Positions 62,580 through 64,000 of a stretch of DNA of 64,000 bases are shown here, one piece after another. The notes below the pieces were generated by a model. The model was not told the origin of the DNA and ran no database searches. It was given only the letters and a program-made list of their open reading frames with translations. The position numbers and the translations under genes were made by a program. The stretch comes from Nostoc sp. DedSLP01 (GTDB lineage Bacteria > Cyanobacteriota > Cyanobacteriia > Cyanobacteriales > Nostocaceae). Numbering within the stretch: the first letter of the stretch is position 1; the number at the start of each line of letters is the position of its first letter. Location of the stretch: contig JAVRCJ020000034.1 in NCBI GenBank assembly GCA_034530875.2, positions 1-64,000 of the forward strand, given 5' to 3'.

Positions 62580-64000
62580 TCAGGCTATGGCATTGTGGTA
62601 GAAAGCTTTCATCTGAGCTAACCAACAAGAGCGCGATTCATCCCAAGTGTAAAACATATGCCCACCTAGAAAATGTTTTACAGTCAGATTCGGGCGGATT
62701 TGAGGATCTAATTTCATCATATCTGCTAGATGCTTTGAGGCAAAATAAGGAGTGACCAAATCGAACAATCCATGAGCAATGTACACTTGCATACAGGGGT
62801 TCAAAGCCATACCTACGCGCAGATCGTCCATTGAACCTAAAAAACCCTGCTTGAATTCGCCTTTGAGATCGAATTTCCAAGCTTTGAATGTTTCCAAATT
62901 CAGCAGATGGTAAGACAAGTCGGTTTCAACACCTAACGTGTCCCGCAAGTGGCTATTGATTGCCCCGGTAAACAAGCGATCTAATCCATCAAGAGTCGGA
63001 TCGCTGCCCTCATAATTTACGCGAGCAGGAAAAGGATCGATAGCGGTAATTGATGCGTCGTAAAGTCCTACAATTCGCTGTCGATCTCGCAGCAGTTCCC
63101 TGGCAAAGACTTCAATGCCAATCCTTCCTGCAAGTCTCTCAACCAGTTCTACGGGCAAGCCGATTAACCCTGCCATCTGCTGATAAGCAATTTGGCGCTC
63201 ATCGGGTGTCATGGTATCTCCCATTGCCAGAAGTGGAATCAAGGTTGTGCGAGCAAATTGTTCTGCTGCTGCTATGTGAGCTTGTAAATTCCCTTGTTCT
63301 GCTGCCCATTGGACGCGGTTGTGATGAGCCGCACTAGCCGCAAAGGAAGGAATCAGGGTTGCCCAAGCGGTAAGGTTGTAATCGCTACCAGCCAGCAGGC
63401 TGAACTCCAAAGCAGGAGAGATTGCAATAGCACCGCAAAGACCGACACCAAACTCCTGTTGCAGCTTGCGGGCTAACCTAGCAACCCGAAAGCCACCATA
63501 ACTTTCTCCAGCAATAAAGATCGGGGACAGCCATCGCTGATGACGAGACAGAAATCGTCCAATGAATTCTCCCAGTGCTTTCAAGTCTCGCTCAACTTCC
63601 CAAAATTCCGTCTCCTTGGGTTTGTCTGCCTCACCAGAATTAGCTTTCTCGCTCTGTTTGGTATCCTTATCATCTTGAGGTAAACTACGACTAAAGCCTG
63701 TGCCAATCGGGTCGATGAACACTAGGTCTGTAAAGCTTAACCAACTTTCAACATTGTCCACTACCCGAACTGGAGGTTTGGGTAGGCTACCATCAGCTCC
63801 GAAATAAACGCGCTTTGGCCCTAATGCTCCCATGTGCAAATAAGCAGAAGCCGCTCCTGGACCGCCATTGAAGACGAAAGTAAGCGGTCGGAGCGTAGCT
63901 TTTTCAACCTCAGTTAAATAAGCCACATGGAAAATTTCTGCAACTGGTTTTTCATGCTCAAACAAGGTCTGCCATTCGGCAAAAGCAGTGTAGGGAATCT
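62580..64000 (-). CDS. Serine carboxypeptidase, S10 family (5' end outside window)
   Basis: FNGGPGAAS, FIDPIGTGFS, GESYGG, D-x2-TPY and GGHMFY motifs; frame stays open to the window edge. Confidence 0.92.
   Translation of the reverse strand, partial: IPYTAFAEWQTLFEHEKPVAEIFHVAYLTEVEKATLRPLTFVFNGGPGAASAYLHMGALGPKRVYFGADGSLPKPPVRVVDNVESWLSFTDLVFIDPIGTGFSRSLPQDDKDTKQSEKANSGEADKPKETEFWEVERDLKALGEFIGRFLSRHQRWLSPIFIAGESYGGFRVARLARKLQQEFGVGLCGAIAISPALEFSLLAGSDYNLTAWATLIPSFAASAAHHNRVQWAAEQGNLQAHIAAAEQFARTTLIPLLAMGDTMTPDERQIAYQQMAGLIGLPVELVERLAGRIGIEVFARELLRDRQRIVGLYDASITAIDPFPARVNYEGSDPTLDGLDRLFTGAINSHLRDTLGVETDLSYHLLNLETFKAWKFDLKGEFKQGFLGSMDDLRVGMALNPCMQVYIAHGLFDLVTPYFASKHLADMMKLDPQIRPNLTVKHFLGGHMFYTWDESRSCWLAQMKAFYHNAIA

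Overview
Chromosomal window from a heterocyst-forming cyanobacterium (Nostocales-like). Evidence: frequent HIP1 GCGATCGC octamers, STRR heptamer repeats, SDR/MITE elements, ndhD and psb28. Housekeeping genes (thrB, ndhD, nagZ, a ClC transporter, gap1-pyk-tal, dprA, psb28, a class-A-like PBP, trmJ) alternate with accessory loci. These are: a lipoxygenase facing a Gly/Asn beta-roll repeat protein; a glucose dehydrogenase/CDF/glucoamylase/cupin operon; an RppAB-type pair and an HstK-type Ser/Thr-His kinase; a three-gene microviridin (graspetide) cluster with a multi-core precursor; and an FHA-wHTH / membrane Ser/Thr kinase / PstS-like module. The best candidate for an undescribed system is a ~11 kb sigma-like / DUF1822 / CHAT-CHASE2 / DUF928 / TPR-CHAT / TpsA / RTX locus that looks like a protease-gated transmembrane signalling pathway. 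Next to dprA is an exact 37-bp repeat / 37-bp insert / 37-bp repeat, resembling off-target CRISPR spacer integration. The right end holds a dead IS1 and a patchwork of truncated, probably plasmid-derived gene fragments. No rRNA, tRNA, cas genes or true CRISPR array were seen. All family calls come from motif recognition, not database searches.
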